NCBI RefSeq assembly: GCF_044704955.1
Contig: NW_027254445.1
Span: 310,001 to 374,000 of the forward strand
DNA length: 64,000 nucleotides
Source of the DNA: Pristiophorus japonicus
Taxonomy: Eukaryota
Direction of reading: 5' to 3'
The position numbers and the translations under genes were made by a program. Below the pieces are notes generated by a model, which was given only the letters and a program-made list of their open reading frames with translations, made no database searches and was not told the DNA's origin. Position 1 is the first letter of the stretch, and each line of letters starts with the position of its first letter. Of the stretch, positions 1-13,001 are shown in pieces.

Positions 1-80
1 TGATCTTGTTGAATGGCGGAGCAGGCTCGAGGGGCTAGATGGCCGACTCCTGTTCCTAATTCTTATGATCTTATTATGAT
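1..80 (+). mobile_element. CR1 LINE 3' end
   Basis: ...gcaggctcgaggggctagatggcc..ctcctgttcctaattcttatg tail, matching other CR1 3' ends in the window (e.g. 11940-12010). Confidence 0.75.
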
Positions 81-109
81 CTTATTTCCTCCCCAACCCC
101 CTCCTTTCT

Positions 110-1470
110 AATGATGAAAGCAATGGCCAGATTGCACGTGTGGTGGCCCAGTATCGATGCGGACTTAGAGTCCTGTGTGCACAAATGTAATACATGTTCA
201 CAGTTAAGCAGTGCATCCAGGGAGGCGCCACTAAGTTTATGGTCCTGGCCCTCCAAACCGTAGTCTTGGGTCCACGTCGACTGTGCAGGACCATTCTTGG
301 GAAAAATGTTTTTAGCGGTTGTAGATGCGTACTCCAAATGGATTGAATGTGTGATAATGTCGGCAAGCACGTCTGCAGCCAGCATTGAAAGCCTACGGGC
401 AATGTTTGCCATGTACGGCCTGCCTGATGTCCTTGTAAGTGACAATGGGCCGTGCTTTACCAGTGCCGAATTCAAGGAATTCATGACCCGCAATGGGTTC
501 AAACTGACAAGTCTGCCCCGTTTATGCCAGCGTCCAATGGTCAGGCAGAACGAGCAGTTCAAACAATCAAGCAGAGCTTGAAAAGGGTAACTGAAGGTTC
601 ACTGCAGACTCGTTTATCCCGAGTCCTGCTTAGTTAACACACAAGACCCCACTTGCTCACTAGGGTCCCTCCCACTGAACTGCTCACGAAAAGGGTCCTT
701 AAGACAAGGCTCTCATTAGTCCACCCTGATCTACACGAACAGGTAGTGAGCAGGCGGCTTCAACAGAATACATATCATGATCGCGCAAATGTGTCATGCG
801 ACATTGAAGTAAATGACCCGGCATTTGTGTAACTATGGACAAGATCCCAAGTGGCTTGCTGGCACTGTTTTGGCCAAAGAGGGGAGTAGGGTGTTTGTGG
901 TCAAACTTGCAAATGGAATCACCTGCAGAAAACACTTGGACCAAACCAAACTCAGATTTACGGTCTATCCAGAACAACCCAAAATAGACTCTACCTTTTT
1001 CGACCCTCCAACAAACACACAAGTGGCAACCGACCCAGCGGTTGACCACAAAGCAGAACCCATCACCCGCAGCAACCCAGCAAGGTTCACCACCCCCAGC
1101 AGCCCAGCAAGGCCAGCTGCGCAGCAACCCAGCGAGGGCCCAACAAACGACTCACCAAGACCAGCATTTACACCGAGACGATCAACCGGGGAAAGGAAGG
1201 CCCCAGATCGACTCACATTGTAAATAGTGACACTATTGACTTTTTGGTGTGGGGGGGGGGAAGTGTTGTTATGTATGTAAACCTGTAAATACCATGTCTA
1301 ACCACCAGGGGGCTTATCCCCTGGAGTCCCAAGGGATCCCCTTGGGAGCACCTGTATATAAGGAGGTCTCACAGGCTGGAGAGGCACTCTGAGACCTGTA
1401 ATAAAAGACTACAGTCACATTAACTTTGAGCTTGCAGTATCTAGTCTGACTCTTTATTCAAGACATAACA
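110..1470 (+). mobile_element. Gypsy LTR retrotransposon remnant: integrase, PPT and 3' LTR (1267-1470)
   Basis: Integrase motifs VVVDAYSKWIE, LVSDNGPCFTS, ASNGQAERAVQ with frameshifts. G-rich PPT around 1246-1263. LTR bounded by inverted TGTTATGT...ACATAACA, with TATATAA and AATAAA inside. Confidence 0.85.
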
Positions 1471-1479
1471 GATATAATT

Positions 1480-4400
1480 TCCAAACCTGCCACATTGCTG
1501 CCACAATTTCTGATCTATGAGGGGGACCCGCATGAATGTCCATTACCCCTGATTAACTTTGAGACCCATCCTGTGCAGAGAGAGCCCATACAGGGTGCGC
1601 CAGATGTCTACATCGATGGGGCCTCATATCACATTGAAGGATCCCCCACACCGGGTATGCTGTGGTATTGCCAGAAAGAACCATCCAGCGAAGATGCAAC
1701 AGGCAATCCTCACAATATGCAGAAATCGCTGCACTTCTAATTGCTGTGAAGGAGACCTCAGATAGACCGGTGAATATTTGGTCTGATAATGCCTATGCAT
1801 AAACACCATGTTCTCCTTGCCCCTATACCACAAAAATGACTATCGTACGATATATGGCAAGGCCCTGGTCCATGGGCCCTGGTTACGCCTGCTCTGGTCA
1901 TACCTTGGATAGCGATCCCAGCCCTGCTTCATAGGAAAGGTAGCAGCCCATAGAAAAGGGGGTCCACATAGCGAGGCAAATTCCAGAGCAGACAGAGCCC
2001 CCAAGGATGCTGCAATTGATGGGGAGATAGAGGATATAGTTGTTGAGCCCTGCAATGCAGTTAGCAAGGGCTCCCCACAGATCACCTAGATTTAAAATCC
2101 CTGCAGCAGCAATACTGGTCATAAGCACCTGGCACGAGGAAGGCAGACCCCTTCCTCAACCAACAGCCTGGGCTCCCAATACCAGACTAGCCACTGACCC
2201 TGACTCAGATGAGAAGTTGCTGATGTTCCAAAGAAAGCCGAACGCCTGCCCATGGTGTGTGTTCCACCAGAGATGGGTCAGGAACTGCTCTCCCTCTTTC
2301 ACTCCCACCCCACAGCAGAGCACTATTCGGCCCTGGTAACCTTCTATAAGGTAGCATCCAGAGCTTGGTGACCTTCCATGAGGGAAACAATCGACCAATA
2401 TGTGGCACGATGCCTACCATGCCTGCAACACAATCTTCCCGCGTGTACTAACTGAACCTTGCTTCAAAGCGCGCCTCCACCTCAAGGGCCATGGACTCAC
2501 CTCCAAGTAGACTTCATTGGGCCACTTGTACAGGTGCAAGGTAATTTCAGCATGCCCTAGTGGTGCTGGATCAATTCACTAAATGGATCGAAGCATTCCC
2601 CTGCCTCTCCAACACCACAATCACAGCAGCCAACACACGACTGAATCATGTGTTTTGTAGGTAGGGAGTACTGGTACAAGTGGACAGCGATCAAGGTTCA
2701 CACTTTACCAGTAGGATTTTTACCCACCTGTTGGAAATGTTGGGGTAAAACACAAACTACATATTGCTCACCGCCCCCAGTCGCCCGGAGGGGTTAAAAG
2801 GGGGAACAGCGACAGTGCACTGGAAATACGGGAAGGGGAGGGTCTCTGCTGGAGATGTTATTGTACTGTAGTGAACCCCTGATGTGTGGCGTACACCTTA
2901 CGAGGTGTACAATGTATCAGGCCCAGTATGTGTATACAAGTCATGGGGAACATTGTGTGACAACCAATGCCAAGACGACGAGGCATGGGACTTAGGAATA
3001 ACCTATTAAGTCGTCCACCTTTTGTTTCACGCCAACCGCCCCAACTGTATTGGGTGACTATCGGCTGCTCCCGGTAAGCATTCATAACATCACCGACGTC
3101 AGGGTAGTGTTTCTAGAACAAGCAGAGGCCCTGAGAGTGGTGGATAACTTTGGCCGTCCACTTTCCCCTCTCTCTCTCCAAGCTTAAAATCCATTCTACA
3201 GCAGTCATCCACCTCACACAAACATTTAATACAATGAGACAGAACAATGCCATAAACAGCAGAGCTATACAAAAGCTAAGAGTCAGCCCATGGTGGAAAA
3301 CAGTGTATGATGGAGGACAACACCCCTGGCTCACGACCCTCTCTCTCAATGTTTATGATATCATCATAAGGAAAATGAGGAAGAGGATGAGACAAATAAG
3401 GAGGATTTTAATTTGGAAATAAGACAATTTTTACGTGACATAATTGGTGACCATTAGGATCTGCTACGTGAGAAAACTCCTGAGAAAGCTGAACCACCAT
3501 ATGCGAGCCCTGTGGAGATAAACCAAATGAAGGGTCAATTAGGATATTTCTGCCTCGAGGCAGGACATTTGTAAGAATAAAGATATATATTAATGATAGA
3601 ATTGATATGGAATGTATGTAATAACGGTGAATTGTGTGTGTGTGTATAACTGTCGAAAGTGCAGATTACAGACAGGTTGCAGTTCAAGAGACAAAATACA
3701 TCCAGTTAAAGCCTCCTCTTCTGCGTGGAGCTTAAGGAACAAAAGGAATATGATTTTTGGGTGGGCAGGCCCATCAAAACTCACCAAACTAGAAAAGGTG
3801 TTAATGGGAAAACGATTAACCTAATCAAGGAGCAGTTCCAATTCCTGCAGACAGTCACATGGGTGAGGAGAGCCAATAAAGAACTGCCTTGGAACCAAGA
3901 CCCAATTCTGGGGCTTTACCAACGAAACTCCAGTGAATACAGACCCAGTCGATCCAGTCTCTCCTCATATATCAGTCCCGCCATCCCGGGAATCAGTCTG
4001 GTGAACCTTCGCTGCACTCCCTCAATAGCAAGAACGTCCTTCCTCAGATTAGGAGACCAAAACTGAACACAATATTCCAGGTGGGGCCTCACCAAGGCCC
4101 TGTACAACTGCAGTAAGACTTCCCTGCTCCTATATTCAAATCCCCTAGCTATGAAGGCCAACATGCCATTTGCCTTCTTCACTGCCTGCTGTACCTGCAT
4201 GCCAACCTTCAATGACTGATGTACCATGACACCCAAGTCTTGTTGCACCTCCCCTTTACCTAATCTGCCACAATTCAGATGATATTCTGCCTTCATATTT
4301 TTTCCACCAAAGTGGATAACTTCACATTTATCCACATTGTACTGCATCTGCCATGCATTTGCCCACTCACCTAACCTGTCCAAGTCACCCTGCAGCCTCT

Positions 4401-4844
4401 TAGCGTCCTCCTCACAGCTCACACCGCCACTCAGTTTAGTGTCATCTGCAAACTTGGAGTTATTACACTCAATTTCTTCATCTAAATCATTGGTGTATAT
4501 TGTAAATATCTGGGGTCCCAGCACTGAGCCCTGCGCACCCCACTAGTCACTGCCTATCATTCTGAAAAGGACCCGTTTATCCCGACTCTCTGCTTCCTGT
4601 CTGCCAACTAGTTCTCTATCCATGTCAATACATTACCCCCAATACCATGTGCTTTAATTTTGCATACCAATCTCTTGTGTGGGACCTTGACAAAAGCCTT
4701 TTGAAGGTCCAAATACACCACATCCACTGGTTCTCCCTTGTCCACTCTACTAGTTACATCCCCAAAAATTTCTAGAAGATTTCTAAACTTGGTTGAAATA
4801 CAGAAACTCCAACATGAAACATACCCAATCAAGGTTACCTTACA
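1480..4844 (+). mobile_element. Decayed endogenous retrovirus-like element: RNase H, integrase, env-like remnant and 3' LTR (3570-4844, split by CR1)
   Basis: RNase H motifs VYIDGAS and KVAAH..NSRAD; integrase motifs GPWTHLQVDFIGPL, DQFTKWIEAFP, VDSDQGSHFT. A Cys/Trp-containing env-like segment lies at about 2850-3420. LTR termini TGTAAG (3570)...CTTACA (4844). Confidence 0.65.
3921..4780 (-). mobile_element. CR1 LINE RT fragment inserted in the ERV LTR
   Basis: ORFs 3916-4524 and 4608-4832 carry KFADDTK and LVRPHLEYCVQFWSP. Confidence 0.9.
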
Positions 4845-5264
4845 GAGAAATCTTCAACTGAAGAGGAGAGAGTAATAGAACATTGTACGAGGAACATGTG
4901 TTTGAAACACAGCTAATCTGTGTTTTCAGCATGAGTTGGCGGATCGTGTTTCGCAATGGTTGAGCGGTAAGTAGCTGAACCAGTGGTTCTGGGTCAGGTG
5001 ACCACTCCCGGGGAGGTCAGGATAAACTCAGTCTGGATCGACAAGGTCCTGCAGCTGCCCTCAGTGTTCTGAGTTCGGTGAGAATGAGCAAGGCTCCCAC
5101 TCCTTATCGTTATGTAGTGACCATACTAGAAATGCAAATGTGCAGCTAACGGAGAGGGCAGCTCTTTAACTCCTCCCACGGTCTAATCCTGCCAACACTC
5201 ATCGTCAAGGCTCATGTGTGACTCATTTGGCCAAAACCCAACAGGCATCCGGCACTTGTGGAAG

Positions 5265-5670
5265 TGTATCCCACTCCTTTTATACTTCCCTCTGTGCTCT
5301 CTGGTCTCTCACTGTATCCCGCTCCTTTTGTACTTCACACTGTGCTCTGGTCTCTCACTGTATCCCGCTCCTTTTGTACTTCCCTCTGTGCTCTGGTCTC
5401 TCACTGTATCCCGCTCCTTTTGTACTTCCCTCTGTGCTCTCTGGTCTCTCACTGTATCTCGCTCCTTTTGTACTTCCCTCTGTGCTCTCTGGTCTCTCAC
5501 TGCATCCCACTCCTTTTGTACTTCCCTCTGTGCTCTCTGGTCTCTCACTGTATCCCACTCCTTTTGTACTTCCCTCTGTGCTCTCTGGTCTCTCACTGTA
5601 TCCCGCTCCTTTTGTACTTCCCTCTGTGCTCTCTGGTCTCTCACTGCATCCCACTCCTTTTGTACTTCTC
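5265..5670. repeat. 48-bp minisatellite, about 8-9 copies
   Basis: Unit tgtatcccgctccttttgtacttccctctgtgctctctggtctctcac; ORFs show 16-aa periodicity. Confidence 0.95.
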
Positions 5671-8600
5671 TCTCTAATGTTGATATGTCCTTACTATTCA
5701 GTATAAATGCACACAAGGCCCATACTTGAGAGAAGGTCACTCTGTGACCAGTAATCTTTATTAGCCAGCACTCATGACGAAGGTGGGTGGAGCTTCCCTT
5801 TTTATTCCTGGAAGTCCAGGTTAGGAGTGTCTCCCACAAGTTCACCACCTAGTGGTCAGTGTTCACATGGTGTAGAACTTAGGTCAGTTTATACATGGGT
5901 TACAATGACAGTTGAATACATGACATCACCTCTCCCCCAAAGTCTTATTGGGATCACAGGTTAAGTCTCTCTGGTGGTTTATGCTCCCTTATAGAGCGCC
6001 TGAGTTGGGGCTCCGGTTGTTGGGCGCTGGCCTGAGTGTCTGCTGTTTGCGGTGCCTCAGGCCTGTCCGGACTGCCCACAGTGACTGGGCTCTCCTCCAC
6101 TTGGTTCCGATGTTCAGTCACCTGTGGTGGAGTGAACTCTACATCGTGTTCTTCCTCTGCTTCTTCTATGGGGTTGCTGAATCTCCTTTTTGTTTGATCC
6201 ATGTGTTTGCAGCAGATTTGTCAATTGGTAAGTTTAACGAATAGAATCCTATTCCCCTCCTTGGCAACCACAGTGCCTGTTAGCCATTTAGGCCCTTCAG
6301 CGCAGTTGAGGACAAAGATAGTGTCATTGACATCAATACATCGTGCCCTCGCATTTCTGCCATGGTAGTCACATTGTGACTGGCGCCTGCTCTCACCAAT
6401 TTCTTTCATGGTGGGGTGTATAAGGGATAACCTGGTTTTGAGCGTCCTTTTCATTAGCAGCTCTGTGGGTGGGACCCGTGTTAGTGAGTGTGTCGGGATC
6501 TATTGGCCAACAGGAGGCGTGATAAGCGGCTTTGTAGGGAACCCCCTTGCATTCTGAGCATCCCCTGTTTGATTATCTGCACTGCTCGTTCCGCCTGGCC
6601 ATTTGAGGCCGGCTTGAACGGTGCCGTTCTGACATGGTTGATACCATTTCCTGCCATGAAGTCCTGGAATTCAATGCTTATAAAGCACGGGCCATTGTCG
6701 CTGACCAAGACGTCTGGTAGACCATGGGCGGCGAACATTGCCCGTAGACTTTCTACCGTGGCAGAGGATGTGCTTGAATTGAAAATGTCACACTCGATCC
6801 ATTTGGAGTAGGCATCTACTACAACCAAAAACATTTTTCCCATGAAAGGACTTGCGTAGTCCACATGGATGCGTGACCTTGGCTTGGCGGGCCAGGGCCA
6901 GGAGCTAAGGGGGGCTTCCCTGGGTGCATTGCCCAGCTGGGCACACGTGTTGCACCTGCGAACACAAAGTTCCAGATCTGCATCTATCCCTGGCCACCAA
7001 ACGTATGACCTGGCAATTGCCTTCATCATGACAATGCCCGGGTGCTCATTGTGGAGTTCTCTGATGAACATCTCTCTGCCCATCTGGGGCATGACTACTC
7101 GGTTACCCCATAGTAGGCAATCGGCCTGAATCGAGAGTTCATCCTTGCGCCTGTGAAATGGTTTGAATTCCTCAGGGCATGCCCCGTACATGGCTGCCCT
7201 GTCCCCATTCAGGACACATTTCTTAACTAAAGAAATGTAGCGGGTCTCTGTTTGTCCAGACTTTGATCTGACAGGCTGTCACGGGTGAGCCTTCGCTTTC
7301 GAAAGCTTCAACAGCCATGACCATCTCAGCAGCATGCTCGGTTTCCCCCTCAGTGGTGGCTAGTGGGAGCCTGCTGAGTGCACCGACGCAGTTTTCAGTG
7401 CCCGGTCTGTGCCGAATTGTGTAGTCATAGGCGGCTAACATGAGTGCCCACCTTCGTATGCAGGCCGACGCATTTGCATTTATGGCCTTGTTGTCAGCCA
7501 AAAGGGACATTGGGGTTTTGTGATCTGTTTCCAGCTCAAATTTCCTGCCAAACAAGTACTGGTGCATTTTTTTTACTGCATATACACATGCAAGGGCTTC
7601 CTTTTCTACCATCCCGTAGCCCCGTTCTGCCTGGGACAGACTTCTGGAGGTATAAGCTACCGGCTGTAACTGACCCTTGGCATTGACATGCTGCAACACA
7701 CACCCGACCCCATAGGACGACGCATCACACGTTAAAACAAGTTTCTTACTTGGGTCATATAGCATGAGCACATTGTTGGAGCATAACAAATTGCGTGCTC
7801 TATCAAAAGCCCTTTCCTGGCTGTCCCCCCAGACCCATTCGCAACCTTTGCGTAGGAGCACATGTAGCGGCTCTAACAGCGTGCTCAATTTGTGAAGAAA
7901 GTTACCAAAATAGTTCAGGATCCCCAGGAACGAACGCAGCTCCATCGTGTTGCGCTGTCTAGGTGCTCTCTGGATCGCTTCCATTTTGGACGCAGTAGGT
8001 CTGATCCCGTCTGCTGCTACCCTCATCCCCAGGAATTCTACCTCTGGAGCTAGGAAGATGCACTTTGCCTTTTTCAGTCGCAGCCCTACCTGGTCCAGTC
8101 TGCATAGCATCTCCTCCAGGTTGTGGAGGTGCTCTTCAGTATCGTGACCCGTGATGAGGATGTCGTCTTGAAAAACCACCGTCCTTGGAATCGACTTGAG
8201 GAGGCTTTCCATATTCGGCGGCCGAGTGAATCCCGAACGGACATCTGTTGTACTCAAGCAATCCCTTGTGTGTCGTGATGGTGGTCAACTTCTTTGACTC
8301 ACTTGCCAGCTCCTGGGTCATGTAAGATGAGGTCAGGTCCAATTTTGAAAAAAGTTTGCCACCTGATAGCGTCGCAAAGAGGTTCTCCGCTCTCGGTAGC
8401 GGGTACTGGTCTTGGAGTGACACCCGATTGATGGTGGCCTTGTAATCGCCACATATCCTGACCGACCCATCCGCCTTGAGCACTGGCATGATCGGGCTCG
8501 CCCAGTCACTGAATTCGACTGGCGAGATGATGCCTTCCCTCAGCAGGCGGTTCAATTCTCATTCTATCTTTTCCTGCATCACGTACGGCACCGCTTTGGA

Positions 8601-9759
8601 CTTGTGGTGTACTGGCCTGGCGTCCGGATTTATGTGAATCACTACCTTGGCCCCCATGAAAGTGCCAATGCCGGGTTGAAATAATGAGTCAAATTTGTCC
8701 AGGACTTGTGAGCATGATACTCGCTCCACAGAAGAAATTGCATTGACATCGCCCCATTTCCAGTTCATGACAGCAAGCCAACTCCTCCCCAGTAGTGCTG
8801 GACCATCCCCCGGGACAATCCAGAGTGGCAATCTGTTCTCCGAATCTTTGTGGGTCACGACGACCGTGGCGCTGCCTAGCACCGGAATGATCTCCTTTGT
8901 ATATGTCCGTAGCTGTGTGTCAATCGGCAATAATTTTGGCCTCCTGGCCTTCGACGCCCACAACTTGTTGAACTGTTTGATTCTCATCAGGGGCTGGCTG
9001 GCCCCCGTGCTTAGCTCCATTGATACTGGGATGTCATTGAGGAGCACTTTCATAATTATCGGTGGCGTCCTGGTGTATGAACTGTATATGTGCTCCACAT
9101 GAACTCGCTGAACTTCAGCTTCCAGCGATTTCCCCCAGTGTTCATTTGGCCTCGTAGAGCTGACATCGGGCCCGTCCTTCTCGTACATCAACCTGGCTGC
9201 AGGCTTCCTGCACATACGTGCCAAGTGACCGCTCACGTTGCAATTTCTGCAGGTATATTGCTGATACCTGCAAGCTCTGGCTGGGTGTTTGCCTCCACAC
9301 CTCCAACATGAGCTGTTGTTGGAAACAAAAGGTCCATTACCAGTCGATTGTCTCTGACTGTCTCTGTAACTGCTCTTAAGCGCACTATTGACAGGTGTTG
9401 ATGGCCCCATTACTGGCCGCATTGTCCCTTGCGATGGCATGAATCGCCGTTCAGCTAGCCATTGTCTCTGTTGAATTCCCCCTTTGGGTTCGACTACCTG
9501 CTCGGGCATGTCCGATTGCCCCTGACTGCCTGGAGAACTGTGTGCCACGTTAACAATGTTGACTTCCTATCCATTTGCTGCATTTCAGCCAAGATTTTTC
9601 TAAATATCATTCTGATCTCTTCCTCTCCTGAGAGAAACGTCTGGGCCATCAAAGCCGCCTTTTCCAGGGTCAAGTCTTTGGTCTCAATCAGTTTCCTGAA
9701 AACCCCTGTGTGCCCAATGCCCTCAATAAAAAAGTCTCGCAGCATCTTTTGATGAAGAA

Positions 9760-12010
9760 GTAGTGTGAGGAAGTAGTGTCTCAAACGAGCGTACTATGCT
9801 TAAACAAAGGGGACGACAGTGGGATGAGGACAGAGTTGGCTAAAGTAGACTGGAAACACAGACTAAACGGTGGCACAATTGAGGAACAGTGGAGGACTTT
9901 TAAGGAGCTCTTTCATAGTGCTCAACAAAAATATATTCCAGTGAAAAAGAAGGATGATAAGAGAAGGGATAACCAGCCGTGGATAACCAAGGAAATAAAG
10001 GAGAGTATCAAATTAAAAACCAATGCGTATAAGGTGGCCAAGGTTAATGGGAAACTAGAAGATTGGGAACATTTTAAACGACAGCAAAGAATGACTAAGA
10101 AAGCAATAAAGAAAGGAAAGATAGATTACGAAAGTAAACTTGTGCAAAACATAAAAACAGATCGTAAAAGCTTTTACAGATATATAAAACGGAAAAGAGT
10201 GACTAAAGTAAATGTTGGTCCCTTAGAAGATGAGAAGGGGATTTAATAATGGGAAATGTGGAAATGGCTGAGACCTTAAACAATTATTTTGCTTCAGTCT
10301 TCACAGTGGAAGACACAAAAACCATGCCAAAAATTGCTGGTCATGGGAATGTGGGAAGGGAGGACCTTGAGACAATAACTGTCACTTGGGGGGTAGTGCT
10401 GAACAGGCTAATGGGACTCAAGGTAGACAAGTCCCCTGGTCCTGATGAAATGCATCCCAGGGTATTAAAAGAGATGGTGGAATTATAGCAGATGCATTCG
10501 TTATAATCTACCAAAATTCTCTGGACTCTGGGGAGGTACCAGCGGATTGGAAAGCAGCTAATGTAACGCCTCTGTTTAAAAAAGGGGGCAGACAAAAGGC
10601 AGGTAACTATAGGCCAGTTAGTTTAACATCTGTAGTGGAGAAAATGCTTGAAGCTATCATTAAAGAAGAAATAGCAGGACATCTAGATAGGAATAGTGCA
10701 ATCAAGCAGACACAACATGGATTCATGAAGGGGAAATCATGTGTAACTAATTTACTAGAATTCTTTGAGGATGTAATGAGCATGGTGGATAGAGGTGTAC
10801 CGATGGATGTGGTGTATTTAGATTTCCAAAAGGCATTCGATAAGGTGCCACACAAAAGGTTACTGCAGAAGATAAAGGTACGCGGAGTCAGAGGAAATGT
10901 ATTAGCATGGATAGAGAATTGGCTGGCAAACAGAAAGCAGTGAGTTGGGATAAATGGGTCCTTTTTGGGTTGGAAATCGGTGGTTAGTGGTGTGCCACAG
11001 GGATCGGTGCTGGGACCACAACTGTTTATAATATACATAGATGACCTGGAAGAGGGGACAGAGTGTAGTGTAACAAAATTTGCAGATGACACAAAGATTA
11101 ATGGGAAAGTGGGTTGTGTCGAGGATACAGAGAGGCTGCCAAGAGATTTAGATAAGTTAAGCGAATGGGCTAAAGTATGGCAGATGGAATACAATATCGG
11201 AAAATGTGAGGTCATCCACCTTGGGAAAAAAAACAGTAAAAGGGAATATTATTTGAATGGTGAGAAATTACAACATGCTGTGGTGCAGAGGGATCTGGGG
11301 GTCCTTGTGCAGGAATCCCAAAAAGTTAGTTTGCAGGTGCAGCAGGTAATCAGGAAGGCGAATGGAATGTTGGCCTTCATTGCGAGAGGGATGGAGTACA
11401 AAAGCAGGGAGGTCCTGCTGCAACTGTACAGGGTATTGGTAAGGCCGCACCTGGAGTACTGCGTGCAGTTTTGGTCACCTTACTTAAGGAAGGATATACT
11501 AGCTTTGGAAGGGGTACAGAGACGATTCACTAGACTGATTCCGGAGATGAGGGGGTTACCTTATGATAATAGATTGAGTAGACTGGGTCTTTACTCGTTG
11601 GAGCTCAGAAGGATGAGGGGTGATCTTTTCGAAACATTTAAAATAATGAAGCGGATAGACAGGATAGAGGCAGAGAGGTTGTTTCCACTGGTCGGGGAGA
11701 CTAGAACTAGGAGGCACAGCCTCAAAATACGGGGTAGCCAATTTAAAACCGAGTTGAGAAGGAATTTCTTCTCCCAAGGGTTGTGAATCTGTGGAATTCT
11801 CTGCCCAAGGAAGCAGTTGAGGCTAGCTCATTGAATGTATTCAAGTCACAGATAGATAGATTTTTAACCAATAAGGGAATTAAGGGTTATGGGGAGCGGG
11901 TGGATAAGTGGAGCTGAGTCCACAGCCAGATCAGCCATGATCTTGTTGGATGGTGGAGCAGGCTCGAGGGGCTAGATGGCCTACTCCTGTTCCTAATTCT
12001 TATGTTCTTA
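9760..12010 (+). mobile_element. 5'-truncated CR1 LINE nested in the Gypsy gag
   Basis: Frameshifted ORF2 pieces ([27 protein letters not shown]) and a (TTCTTATG)n tail. Confidence 0.92.
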
Positions 12011-12015
12011 TTAAT

Positions 12016-12342
12016 ATTGGGGAGGTTTGGAACCAGGGGTCACAGTCTGGGGATAAGGGGTGGGCCATTTAGGACCGAGATGAGGAGAACCTTGTTCACC
12101 CGGAGAGTGGTGAACCTGTAGAATTCTCTACCACAGAGAGTTGTTGGGGCCAATTCACTGGATATATTCAAAAAGGAGTTAGATGTAGTCATTACTACTG
12201 GGGGGATCGGTGGGTATGGGGAGAAAACAGGAATGGGGTACTGAAGTTGCATGTTCAGCCATGAAGTCATTGAATGGCGGTGCAGGCTCGAAGGGTCGAA
12301 TGGCCTACTCCTGCACCTATTTTCTATGTTTCTATGTTTCTA
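12016..12342 (+). mobile_element. CR1 3' fragment with excess A-to-G changes
   Basis: Matches the 3' end of the 29010-30930 family, with A>G swaps (ctaagg>ctgggg, gtaagcc>gtgggcc, cactaaat>cactggat); (TTCTATGT)n tail. Confidence 0.8.
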
Positions 12343-13001
12343 TCTCCGCTCTGCATGCATTTGGGAACTTACTTCGGCTCGCCAGTCACCGGAGGTCTGC
12401 CACGAAGTCTGGAACACTATGCCCTTCTCGTTGCCGGTGCGTGTAAAACCGGTGTCTCGCCATGTGCATGCTGCTTGCCGACTTAAAGTGTTCCCTGATC
12501 AACTTACTGAGCTCTTGAAAAGTCTTGTCTGCCGGCTTCTCTGGCGCTAGGATGTACTTCATCAGGGAATACGTCCTGGATCCACAAACCGTCAGGAGAT
12601 GAGCCCTGCGTTTGTCGGCCGACTCCTGTCCCAACCATTCCTTAGTGACGAAACTTTGCTGTAGTCTCTCAATAATGTCGTCCCAATCATCACCAACACA
12701 GTACCTCTCTTCTGTGCTGCTCGTGACCATGCTCGCGTGGTTTAAATCCCAGTTTCTCGTCGCCAATGATATGCCCTTATTATACAGTATAAATACACAC
12801 GAGGCCCATACTTGAGAGAGGGTCACTCTGTGACCAGTAACCTTTATTAGCCAGCACTCAAGTGATGAAGGTGGGTGGAGTTTCCCCTTTTATACCTGGA
12901 AGTCCAGATTCGGAGTGTCTCCCACAAGTTCACCACCTAGTGGTCAATGTTCTCACGGTGTATACATGGGTTACAATGACAGTTGAACACATGACAAATG
13001 T

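Larger units (their letters stand above)
5681..12996 (-). mobile_element. Full-length but decayed Gypsy LTR retrotransposon (gag-PR-RT-RNaseH-IN) with nested CR1 insertions
   Basis: LTRs at 12767-12996 and 5681-5925; 5-bp TSD AATGT (5676-5680 and 12997-13001). PBS TGGCGACGAG next to the 5' LTR and a purine PPT next to the 3' LTR. Gag CCHC (CRNCNVSGHLARMC), RT (RICGDYK, VFQDDILI), RNaseH (CDASSYGVG) and IN (VSDNGP). Confidence 0.93.

Noticed and set aside
4930-4966. 37-bp segment with good acceptor and GTAAGT donor upstream of V1
   Set aside because: The ATG frame stops and the open frame (HELADRVSQWLS) is not a signal peptide. It appears to lie at the head of an old SINE-like repeat. It cannot be excluded without RNA data.
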